From Hemiscyllium ocellatum (Eukaryota), in contig NC_083417.1 of NCBI RefSeq assembly GCF_020745735.1, forward strand, positions 58,466,001 through 58,530,000: a DNA stretch of 64,000 bases, in the 5' to 3' direction. A model generated the notes under the pieces. The model had not been told where the DNA came from, made no database searches, and saw only the letters and a program-made list of their open reading frames with translations. A program made the translations under genes and the position numbers. Shown here piece after piece: positions 54,901-64,000 of the stretch (the stretch's first letter is position 1; the number at the start of each line of letters is the position of its first letter).

Positions 54901-57900
54901 TAAACAAGTCAGAGTTTTTAAATAAAACATGGATCGATGGTTTAAAGAGCTGTCTCCAACTACTCATGAGATGAAATGTCAAGTTGGAGCTTGCTAACCA
55001 TTTCTTAAAAGCAGTTTATTATTGTACATCAGCCTGGAAATTGGAAGGTAGAGTGAGGAGGGATGTCATCCAGAACCAGGTAACATAATGAGGGGCAGGT
55101 TATTTCAGACTGAGATGAGGAATTCCTTCTCCAGAGGACTGTGGAGGTTCAGCTATTGAGGCTCAGACTGAGATGTTATAAACATCAAGGGATTTCTAAT
55201 TTAAATCCATAAATTGACTTTGCTATAACTGACTGGGCCAATATTTATGACCCACCCTGAACTGCCCTAGTACTGAGAAGACAGCTGTGGGTCCGGAGTC
55301 ACATGGAGGCCAGATAAACTAAGCTCAGCATATTCATTAACCTGATGGATACTGGGTGGCATATTGTCTCAGTGGTTAACAATGCTGGCTGACAGTGCTA
55401 GGGACCTGGGTTCAATCCCAGCCTTGGCCAACTGTCTGTGTGAAGTTTGCACATTCTCTCCCTGAGCTTCCTCCCATAGTCCAAAGATGTGCAGGTTATT
55501 TGAATTGGCCATGCTAAATTGCCCATTGTGTTCAGGGATGTGTAGGTTAGGTGCATAAATCAGGGGTAAATGTAGAGTATTAGGTTTCGGTGGGACACAC
55601 TTTGGAAGGTCAGTGTGGACTTGTTGGGCCGAAGGGCTTGTTTCCACACTATAGGGATTCTATGATTATACCTGGCCAACAATGATTTCAAAGTCACCAG
55701 TAGGCTAGCACAATTGCAACATTTAAAAGGCATCTGGATGGGTACAGGCCAGGTGCGAATAGATTGGTTTGGGATATCTGGATGGAAGGGTCTGTTTCCA
55801 TGCTGTATGATTCCAGATTTTGATTCAAAGCCCAATTACACATTCCCAGAGTGGGATTCGAGCTCACATCCTCAGGATATTAGTTTGGGACTCTCAGTTA
55901 TGAGCTCACTGACATGACCACCGTACTATCACCTCGCTCATACAGAGACCGCAGGAAAATGTTGCTGAAGTGGAAGATCAGACATGGTCTCAGTGAATGG
56001 TGGCATGGGCTGGTGAATGAGACTCACCTTCCCCCGTTTGTTTGTTTTTGTGTAGACATCCATTTTCCCGGAGCTCTGCTGTTCTCCTGCCAGAATTCCC
56101 AGGATAAATGGGGTTTCAGGATCAATACAGATGGCAGATTTCTGCACAACCAGTACAGGGCAAGAGGAAGTGTGATTTGGATAAATTCCTCAATTATCCC
56201 CTTCCCAAAACACAAAAAAAGTACATCTGACATCACCTAATTCCAAGATGAGGTGTTTGATTAAAAACCAGATATTTGGTCCATCTTAATTCATGATATC
56301 AAACCACGTCAAGTTCCATTGACAGCACAGAAACAGGCTATTCAGCCCAACTGGTCTATGCCAGTGTTTATATGAGTATCCTCCTACCTTCCTCACCCAA
56401 CCATATCAATATAACTTCCCATTCCTTTCTCTCTGATGTATTGATCCAGCTTCACCTTCTTGAGGGTAATGGATCAGGCAACAAATGCTGCCCTTCCTGG
56501 GGTGGGAGTGGGGGGTGGGAGTTGGAGGGGGGGAGGTGGTGGGTGTGCAGTATTAGGACCCGTGCTTTGTTTGACAGCTCTCACAGGTACACGAACCTCA
56601 AAGTGTACACATGAAGGCTGGAACCTGGTGCTGCTCTCAGTAATGGGAAACCTGTCTGTGAGGATAAATATATCAGGCCATTTTTGCCCAGTCTGTGGGA
56701 CAGCTGTCACAATTTTGGCACTAGCTGCCAGATATTAATAAGGAGGACTTTGCAGGTTCAACAGGGCTGTGTTTGCCTTTGTTGTTCCCAGTACCTAGGT
56801 CCAGCTGTTTCCATTCCATTTTTGTTTCTACCAGTTGGTACAACCAAGTAGCTGGCTACACAATTACAGAGAGCAGTTAGGAGTCAATCACATTGCTGTT
56901 GGTTTGGAGTTACATGTCAGCCAGACCAGGTGATGATGGTAGCTATCCTTCCCTGAAGGACATTACTGTGTAGGATGGGTTTTTTTCCCTGACAATCAAT
57001 GATGGACAACATGGTCATCGGATTCAAGCCCAGGTCCCCAGAACATTACCTGGGTCTCTGAGATAGTCTCGGGATAGAACCACCCTGTCATTGCCACCCA
57101 GCTAAACAGCTGAAACCTCACTACAGGCACTTAAATAGATGGACTCAGTCGTCATTTCAATGATCCAGACATGTTTAATCTGCAATTCTGTCCATGTAGA
57201 TGTAAATGTAAAAGATCTGAAAACTCTATTTGAGGATGAACAGAAGACATGTTCTGGCCAATATTTATCTTACATCCAACGACATTGAAACACATGCTCA
57301 AATCGCCCAACTATTCTCTAATCATGGGGCCTTGATGTGCAAACATTGGCTGTCATGTTTAACAAAGACTAAACATTCAAAGAATATCACACACTTTGGT
57401 AAATTTTGGGGTTGTGACAGGTGCTTTATAAATGCACAATTTCTTACTTTCATCTTCACTCTTCTTGTACAATAATTGTGACTTTTTAAAAATTTTGTGT
57501 TTATTAGATCACTGACCTTCGAGACGGCATAAATTCTCACAACATTCATCTGTGGAGATAAAATAAAGACAGCTTAGAACCTAGTTCTGATGGTTATGGG
57601 ATCACTTAACTCTGCCCATTGCATGCTGTTTCTGCTTGGTATACTGGTAATCCTGTTTGGGAGCTTCAGCAGTTCATCATCATATCTTTTAGGTATACTG
57701 GTGCTGCTCCTGGCATGCCCTCCTGTATTCTCCATTGAACCAGGGTTGATCATCTGGCTTGATGGTAATGGTGGAGTGGGGAATATCCTGGGCCAGGAGG
57801 TGACAGATTGTGCTGGAGTACAATTCTGCTGCTACTGATGGTCCATGATGCTCCATGGATTCCCAATCTTGGATGCTGCATCTGTTCAGATTCTGCCCCA

Positions 57901-60900
57901 CTTAGACAGTGACAGTGCCACACAACACTATGGAGGGTATTGTCAATGATTTTGTCTCCAAGAGGACTGTGTGGTGGTCACTCTTACCAATACTGGCCTG
58001 GACAGATGCTTCAGAAGCCAATACATTGGTAAGGATGAGGTCAAGTATGTTTCTTCCCTCTTGTGGGTTCCCTCGTTATCTGCTTCAGACCTTGTCTAGC
58101 ATGGATGTCCTTTAGGACCTGACCAGCTCAAACAGTACTGCAGCATTTCAGCATTGAATTGACATTGAAATCCCCCACCTAGAATACATTCTGTGCCCTT
58201 GCCACCCTCATTGTTTCTTCCAAGTGTTATTCAACATGGAGGAGCATTGATTCCTCAGCTGAGGGAGGATGGTACGTGGTAATCAGCAGGAGGTTTCCTT
58301 GCCCATATATAGCCTGATGGCTTCAGACTTTATGGGGTCTGGAATCAATGTTGAGAACTCCTCGGGAAACTCCCTCCCAACTATATCCCACTGTGCTGCC
58401 ACCTCTGCTGGATCTGGCCTGCCGATGGGACAGGACATATCCAGGGATGGTGATGGTGGTGTCTGGAATATTGTCTGTCAGGTATGACTCTGTGAGTATA
58501 CCTACGTCAGGCTGTTGCTTGATGAGTCTTTGAGACAGCTCCCTATATTATCCCATGGCAAACAGCATTAAAACACACATTCAAGTCATTCAATTATTCT
58601 CTAATCATGGGTCTTTGCTGTGCAAACATTGGCTGCTATGTTTAACAATGACTAAACATCAAAATTACTTCATCATCTGTCGCACACTTTGGGAAATTAT
58701 GAGGATGTAACAAATGCTTCACGAATGCACCATTTCCTCCTTTCATCCTCTCTCTTCTTGTGTAATAATAATTATATTTTTCCTTTTATTTTTGTTGATG
58801 AGATCACTGACCTTTTGATTTTCTCTTTTTGCAAATTTTCTTACAAACTCTGTCTGTAAGTTAAAGAAGACAGCAGTAAGGTTTGGAAATAAAAAGTAAA
58901 CTTCATTTATTGACAGAATTCTGTTTTTAGTTCTTACATCAGTGATGCCAATCTATCTTTGGGTGCTGGTTTATTTCCATTTGGTTTTTCAATATTGATC
59001 TTTGGCTAGTTAGCTGAGTTACCTGGGCAGCTGGTTTGCAATGCAGAGTGATGCCAACAGTGCTTGTTTAGTACTCCCACCAGCTGAGGTCACCATGAAG
59101 GACTCTCCTTCTCAACCTCTCCCCTCACATTGAGCCACCACCAGCCATCTCTCTCTCCACTGAAACAGCAGCTCTTGAGGACTTTGGCAATGTTACTTTT
59201 CATCTGTAGCATGATCCTAGTTCCAGGATGTTGATACAGCAACAGTGAAGGAACCATGATATAGTTACATGTCAGGGTGGGTCATGGCTTAGAGGGAAAC
59301 TTACAGGAGAGGTGATGCTCCCATGTATCTGTGGCTCTCTCCTTCTCCTTGACAGAGGTTGCAGCCTTGGAAGCTGCTGTAAAGGGAGTCTCAGTGAGTT
59401 AATTTAGGGCAGTATCGTACACAGTACACACTGCTGCCACTGTGCATTGCTGGCTGAGGGAGTGAATGATGGAGTATTAGTTGGGATGTAAATCATGAGT
59501 GTGGTAGAATAGTCCCAAATGCTAAATTTGTGCTAGATGGTTTCAAACATTTTGAGTGTTCTTGGAGCTGCACCTATCCAGGCAACTGGGGCATATTCTA
59601 TCACATGGTTGAGTTATACATTGTAGATGATGGTTAGGCTTTGAGGAGTGAGAAGGCAAATTACTCACCACAGAATTCCCAACCTTTGATGTATTTTTGT
59701 AGCCAGCTCAATTGTGTGAATGCTCCAGTTCAGATTCTGGCCAATTGTATCCCTCAGGATGGTGATAATGAGGGATTAGTGATTACCATTGACGTTGAAT
59801 GTCAGGGAGCAATGGTTGCATTCTCATTAGTTGGAGATAGCTATTGCCTAGTACTCGTGTGACTGAAATATTACAAGGCACTTATCAACCCAAACCTGGA
59901 TGTTGTCTACAGTTTGCTGCATAGAGACACAGGCTGCTTCAGAATCTGAGGACTTGGGAATGCTATTCAACATTGTACAATCATCAGAGCACGTTCCCAA
60001 TTCTGAAATTATGCAGGACACTAGAAGTTGATAGAGGTGTTTGCACCCAGAATACTACCCAGAGATGTCCTAGAGCTGAAATGACTGACCTCCAGCAACC
60101 ACTACCGTCCTCCTGTGTTCCAGGAATAAAGTAATCAGTGGAGAGATTTCCATTTAACTTCAGTTTTGTTACACTTGGTAAAATACTACCTTGATATCAA
60201 GGTCAGTTATCTTTATGACCCCTTTTTTAGATTAGACTTACAGTGTGGAAACAGGCCCTTCGGCCCAACAAGTCCACACCGACCCGCCGAAGCGCAACCC
60301 AACCATACCCTACATTTACCCCTTACCTAACACTACGGGCAATTTAGCTTGGCCAATTCACCTGACCCGCACATCTTTGTGACTGTGGGAGGAAACCGGA
60401 GCACCCGGAGGAAACCCACGCAGACACGGGGAGAACGTGCAAACTCCACACAGTCAGTTGCCTGAGTCGGGAATTGAACCCGGGTCTACAAGCGCTGTGA
60501 GGCAGCAGTGCTAACCACTGTGCCACCGTGCCGCCCATAACCTCACCTCCTTTGTCCATGTTTGGACTAAGGCTGTAATGAGGTCAGGAATTGAGTGGTC
60601 CTGGCAATACCCAAACTGAGCATCTCTAAACAGCTTATTGCTGAGAAACTGCTGCCTGATGGCACTATCCCTTTCCTAATAGTTGAGAATTGACTGATAC
60701 TGGGATAATTGGCTGGGTTGGCATTGCCCTTCTTTTTATATACAGGACATACCTGAACAATTCTTGACATTTCAGGTAGATGCCAGTGTTGTAGCTGTAT
60801 TGGAACAGCTTGGCTAAGGGAGAAGCAAGTTGAAGAGCATAAGTCTTCAGTACTATTATCAAAATGTTGTCAGGGCCCATATCCTTGCAGTATCCTGTGC

Positions 60901-61527
60901 ATCCAACCATTTCTTTACATCATTCTTTCAATCACGAGGCTGACATGAATTATCCACTCAGAATTTCTAACTGAAGAAGTTTGTAAATAATTTGCCTTGT
61001 TTATTGCAACAATGTGCGGGACTTCCCCATCATTGGGGATGGTAAAATTCAGGGAGCACGGTCCTTCTGTTCATTGGTTAATTGTAGACCATGGTTCATG
61101 ACTTGAAGTGGCAGCACTGCAGTGCCTAGTTTTGATGGTTATGAGATCATTTAGCTCTGTCCATTGCACACTGTTTCTGCTAGGTACACAGGTATGTCCT
61201 TCTGGCAGGTACAGGAGTTTATTGTCGCATTTTTAGCAATGCCTGTTCTGGCATGCCCTCCTGCACTCTCCATTCAACCAGGGTTAATCCCCTGGCTTGA
61301 TAGTAATGGTTGAGTGGGCAATATGCTGGGTCACGAGGTTATAGATTGCATTCAAGTTCAATTCTGCTGCTGCTGGCCCACAGTGTTTCGTGGATTCCAA
61401 ATATTAATTGTCTAGATCTGTTCAAAGTCTGTCCCATTTAGCGTGGTGACAACATTTTTTATTTTGTGTTTATGAGATCACTGACCTTCATCTTTTATTG
61501 TTTTGCAGATTTTCTGACAGTCAGCGT
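24899..61527 (-). CDS. Adhesion GPCR, ADGRG3/ADGRG5-like (GAIN-GPS-7TM); gene span of 14 identified coding exons, 5' end outside window
   Basis: Exons join in frame through GT-AG junctions with matching phases (1601 coding nt, no internal stop). GPS motif CVFW...W...GC...[13 protein letters not shown]; 7TM motifs IHMNL, TWMGIEA..LY, GWGLPA, LLGVTW, NSLQGFFIF. The sequence mixes ADGRG3-like and ADGRG5-like motifs, so no symbol is assigned. Confidence 0.93.
25974..26251 (-). CDS. ADGRG-like TM5-TM7 exon (CWIKEK...[14 protein letters not shown]...FNSLQ)
   Basis: tttttgaacag acceptor, AAG|gttagt donor, 278 nt, phase 2/1. Confidence 0.95.
26392..27072 (-). mobile_element. Penelope-like element fragment (GIY-YIG plus pLTR, degenerate hammerhead)
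   Basis: Homologous to the arms of the 33640-35080 element. Confidence 0.85.
27080..30134 (-). mobile_element. Ancient fragmented CR1 (3' end, RT, EN and ORF1 remnants)
   Basis: [18 protein letters not shown] and ETVWVE motifs in order along the minus strand. Confidence 0.65.
30135..33556 (+). repeat. 29-bp satellite, ~118 copies, consensus CACTGGATTGCCTCACTGTCAATGTAAGA
   Basis: Directly visible tandem array without spacers; 1043-bp higher-order duplication. Confidence 0.98.
33737..33772 (-). ncRNA. Minimal type I hammerhead ribozyme motif (Penelope pLTR)
   Basis: AUUC-CUGAUGA-A-GGGC-UUAU-GCUC-GAAACGUC-GAAU: intact core, stem I, stem II and palindromic ACGU stem III. Confidence 0.8.
34987..35022 (+). 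ncRNA. Minimal type I hammerhead ribozyme motif (mirror copy)
   Basis: attcctgatgaagggcttatgctcgaaacgtcgaat. Confidence 0.8.
36472..36565 (-). CDS. ADGRG-like TM4-ECL2 exon ([31 protein letters not shown])
   Basis: ttctttgattgatag acceptor, gtaagt donor, 94 nt, phase 1/2. Confidence 0.92.
36657..36958 (-). mobile_element. HE1-type V-SINE
   Basis: Full tRNA-like head and (ttaga)n-type tail. Confidence 0.9.
36965..38552 (+). mobile_element. CR1 LINE, 5'-truncated; same young subfamily as 5378-7862
   Basis: [16 protein letters not shown]; (ctattgt)n tail; near-identical to 6040-7862. Confidence 0.94.
39626..39894 (-). CDS. ADGRG-like TM2-TM4 exon ([14 protein letters not shown]...KLAVIGW)
   Basis: ctgtttag acceptor, gtgagt donor, 269 nt, phase 2/1. 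Confidence 0.95.
40043..40286 (+). mobile_element. Diverged V-SINE
   Basis: cagtggttagcactgctgcctcacag head. Confidence 0.75.
40287..41345 (-). mobile_element. Old CR1 3' portion, interrupted by a short Penelope pLTR (40887-41022)
   Basis: TRGH.FKV and NVFTQRVV motifs; insert flanked by the near-direct repeat cattaact(g/a)tataag. Confidence 0.75.
42010..43858 (+). mobile_element. CR1 LINE, 5'-truncated
   Basis: [34 protein letters not shown]; (gttctat)n tail. Confidence 0.92.
44570..44697 (-). CDS. ADGRG-like TM1 exon (DFSDT...[13 protein letters not shown]...YCVF)
   Basis: cttcatttcccaaag acceptor, AG|gtgagt donor, 128 nt, phase 0/2. Confidence 0.92.
45770..45861 (-). CDS. ADGRG-like GPS exon 2 ([10 protein letters not shown]...CQCDHL|SYFAVLL)
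   Basis: caacag acceptor, gtaagt donor, 92 nt; HL|S cleavage site and start of the Stachel peptide. Confidence 0.95.
45956..46001 (-). CDS. ADGRG-like GPS exon 1 ([15 protein letters not shown])
   Basis: tttcag acceptor, gtaagt donor, 46 nt, CVFW motif. Confidence 0.92.
47417..47770 (+). mobile_element. Diverged V-SINE
   Basis: tRNA-like head, tgtgtggagtttgca core, attctatg tail. Confidence 0.75.
48022..48141 (-). CDS. ADGRG-like GAIN exon ([40 protein letters not shown])
   Basis: ctttctctacag acceptor, gtaaga donor, 120 nt, phase 0/0. Confidence 0.92.
50059..50199 (-). CDS. ADGRG-like GAIN exon (VGERATQ...VLPEELF...FNDTSLFE)
   Basis: ttgttgtgcag acceptor, GAG|gtaaag donor, 141 nt, phase 0/0; LP..LF GAIN motif. 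Confidence 0.9.
51740..51944. mobile_element. Miniature inverted Penelope-like pLTR element
   Basis: Imperfect inverted arms; 14-bp TSD agcactcatttatc at 51726-51739 and 51945-51958. Confidence 0.8.
53073..53223 (-). CDS. ADGRG-like GAIN exon (LQRRCV...[18 protein letters not shown])
   Basis: ctcttgttatag acceptor, gtaagt donor, 151 nt, phase 2/0. Confidence 0.85.
54716..54800 (-). CDS. ADGRG-like ectodomain exon ([28 protein letters not shown])
   Basis: tttcatttcag acceptor, gtaagt donor, 85 nt, phase 1/2; matches the phase of the next exon. Confidence 0.8.
55354..55668 (+). mobile_element. V-SINE
   Basis: tRNA-like head and ...gtttccacactatagggattctatg tail. Confidence 0.8.
57517..57549 (-). 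CDS. ADGRG-like micro-exon C (33 nt, phase 1/1): [11 protein letters not shown]
   Basis: Acceptor ttattttatctccacag, donor AAG|gtcagt; joins in phase to the 54800 exon. Confidence 0.75.
58812..58853 (-). CDS. ADGRG-like micro-exon B (42 nt, phase 1/1): [14 protein letters not shown]
   Basis: Acceptor cttctttaacttacag, donor AAG|gtcagt; open in phase 1. Confidence 0.72.
60223..60536 (-). mobile_element. HE1-type V-SINE, young, present in only one duplication unit
   Basis: Near-identical to the other young copies; absent at the paralogous position ~62890. Confidence 0.9.
61486..61527 (-). CDS. ADGRG-like micro-exon A (42 nt, phase 1/1): (D)[13 protein letters not shown]
   Basis: Acceptor ttttatccctacag, donor AAG|gtcagt; open in phase 1; paralogous to micro-exons B and C. 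Confidence 0.72.
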
Positions 61528-64000
61528 CTGTAGGGATAAAAAAAAGGCAGCTATAAGGTTTGGAAACTGAAATCTCTTTTGCTGAGAGCAGACTGATTTT
61601 CGTTCTTACGTCAGTGATGCCAAGTAATATTTTCTCTCTTTGGATATTGCTTCCTTTCCATTGGGTTTGTCAATATTAATCTTTGGCCATTATGAGGTCA
61701 GTTGGCTGGAGAGCTGGTTTGCAATGCAGGCTGATGCCAACAATGTGGGCTCAGTCCCCACACCAGCTGAGGTCACCATGAAGGACTGTCCTTCTCAACC
61801 TCTCCCCTCACAATGAGCCACCACCAGCCATTTCTCTCTCCACTGAAATAGCACCTCTCGGGGACTTTGGCAATGTTACTTTTTAACTCGAGCAGTGGAG
61901 GTCCAGGATTTGAACCAGTGACAGTGAAGGAACGATGATATAGCTATAAATCAGGATGGCTGTATGGCTTAGAGGGGAACTTGCAGGAGATGTGGTGTTC
62001 CCATGTATCTGTGGATCTCCCCTAATTGACAGAGTATGCCGGCTTGGACGTTGTGTTTGAGGCAGCCTCAGTGTGTTAATGCAGGACAGTATCATACATG
62101 GTACACACTGCTGCCACTGTGCATTGCTGGCTGAAGGGGTGAATGATGAAGGTATTGGTTGGGACGTAAATCAAGTGGACAGCTTTGAACTGAATGATGT
62201 CAAACATCTTGAGTGTTGTTGAAGCTGCACCGATCCAGGAATATACTATCACACTCTGGATTTGTACCTTGTAGATGGTGGACATTCTTTGAGGAGAGAG
62301 GAGGCAAGTTACTCACCACAGAATTCGCAAACTCTGATGTGGTTTTGTAGCCAGATTATTTATATGAATGCTTTGCTTCAGATTCTGGTCAATTGTATCC
62401 ATCGGGATGTTGATTATGGCAGACTGGGAATTACCATTGACATTAAATGCCAAGGGACAATGGTTGGATTCTCATAAGTTGGAGATGGCCATTGCCTGGC
62501 ACTTGTATGGCCCAAAATATTTCTAGGGACCTCCCAACCCAAATCTGAATGTTGTGCAGATTCGCTATTATTGATACGTGCTGCTTCAGTATCTGAGGAG
62601 TTGGGAATGGGAATGAACATTGTGCAATCATCAGAGAATGCTGGAGCGGAGAAACAGTTAAAGATAGATGGGCCTAGGATCTTACCCTGAGGAATTCCTG
62701 CAGAAATGTCCTGGAGCTAAAATGACTGACCTTCAACAACCATAACCATCCTCCTAAGTTCCAGGAATGACTCTAATCAGTGGAGAGTTTTCCCCCTGAC
62801 TCCCATTGACTTCAGTTTTACTCAGACTCCTTGATCTCACGCTTGGTCAAATAATACCTTGATGTCGAGGACAGTTACCTTTATAACCCCTCATGACATC
62901 ATCTTTTTTGACCAGTGTTGTGGCTGTACTGGAACAGCTTGGCAAGAGGAGTGGCACGTTCTGGGTACAAAGTTTTCAGTGCTATTTCCAGAATGTTTTC
63001 AGGGCCCATCGCCTTGCAGTATCCATTGCCTACAGCCATTTCTTTTTACAGCATTCTTTGTAAGAGGCCAATATAAATCATGCATTTGGCATTTAGAGCT
63101 GAAGATGTTTGTAAATGCTGTTGGCCTGATTTGTGCACCAAAGTGCTGGGCTTCCCTAACATTGGGGATGGTAACGTTCAGGGGGCATGGTTCTGTTCAT
63201 TGTTTAATTGTAGACCATGACTCATGACTGGAAGTGGCAGCACTGCAGTGCTTAGTTCTGATGGTTATGGGAACACTTAGCTCTGTCCATTGCATGCTGC
63301 CTCTGCTTGGTAACACAGATAGTGCCGTCTGCTGGCTTCAGCTGTTTATTGTCACATTTCTAGCAATGCCTGGTGCTGCTCCTGGCATGCCCTCCTGCAT
63401 TCTCTATTGATCCAGGGTTCATCATCTGGTTTGATGGCAATGGTTGACTGGGAATACACGAGTCAATGAGGTTACAGATTGTGCTGGAGTACGGTCCTGC
63501 AGCTGCTATGGTCCATAGTGCCTCATGGGTGTCCAGCGTGGAGTTGCTAGATCTGTTCAAAGTTTGACCCATTGTGCATGGTAATAGAGTCACTCAGCAC
63601 AATAGAAGGTATTCTCAATGTGAAGGTGGGGCATTGCGTCCACAGGGACTGTGCCGGGGTCACTCTTACTGCCACTGCTTTTCACAGATGCACCATTAGC
63701 CTGCAGATTGGTGACGATGAGGTCAAGTATGGTTTTCCTACTTATGGGTTCCCTCACTACCTGCCGCGGACCCTGTCTAGCAGCTATGTCCTTTTGGCCC
63801 CGACCAGCTTGTTCAGTAATGCTGCTTCTGAGTCCACTCTCAGTGGTTGACATTGAAATCTCTCACCCAGAATGCATTCTGTGCCCTTGCCACTCTCATT
63901 GTTCAACATGGAGGAGCGCTGATTCCTCAGCTGAGGGAGGATGGTATGTGGTGATCAGTTCGAGGTTTCCTTGCCCATATATAACATGATGACTTCTGAT

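Larger units (their letters stand above)
57270..64000. repeat. Tandem segmental duplication units, each with a micro-exon plus old SINE/LINE remnants
   Basis: ~57270-57575 matches ~58555-58875; ~58790-60220 matches ~61455-62890; ~57590-58330 matches ~63260-64000 and partly ~61135-61445. Confidence 0.85.

Noticed and set aside
58930-61690. Paralogous gtaaga donor-like sites (~58937, ~61609) as extra exons
   Set aside because: No polypyrimidine acceptor lies upstream and the lengths differ; the adjacent CACTGAY may instead be a branch-point-like element

Overview
Vertebrate genomic DNA, very probably a shark: it carries HE1-type tRNA-derived V-SINEs, CR1 LINEs and Penelope-like elements. There is one assembly gap (728-895). 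The main gene is an intact adhesion GPCR of the ADGRG1/G3/G5 group on the minus strand. I reconstructed it by hand as 14 phase-compatible GT-AG exons from 61527 down to the stop at 24899, about 533 aa; the signal-peptide exon is not in the window and probably lies beyond 64000. It has a GAIN/GPS domain with an intact HL|S autoproteolysis site and a 7TM region. Its N-terminus is unusual: three tandemly duplicated, symmetric phase-1 micro-exons (33-42 nt) each encode a CxxxC peptide of different charge, and each sits in its own duplicated intron unit. The gene's introns hold a 29-bp satellite with a higher-order duplication and a near-perfect 1.44-kb Penelope-like palindrome with TSDs and hammerhead ribozyme motifs. 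Left of the gene are a decayed full-length L1 (TSD, TT/AAAA site, YY1-type 5' end), a death-domain pseudo-exon, further decayed plus-strand exon-like segments of uncertain identity, and many CR1, Rex1, SINE and Penelope remnants. All calls are by eye; repeat boundaries are approximate unless a TSD is given.
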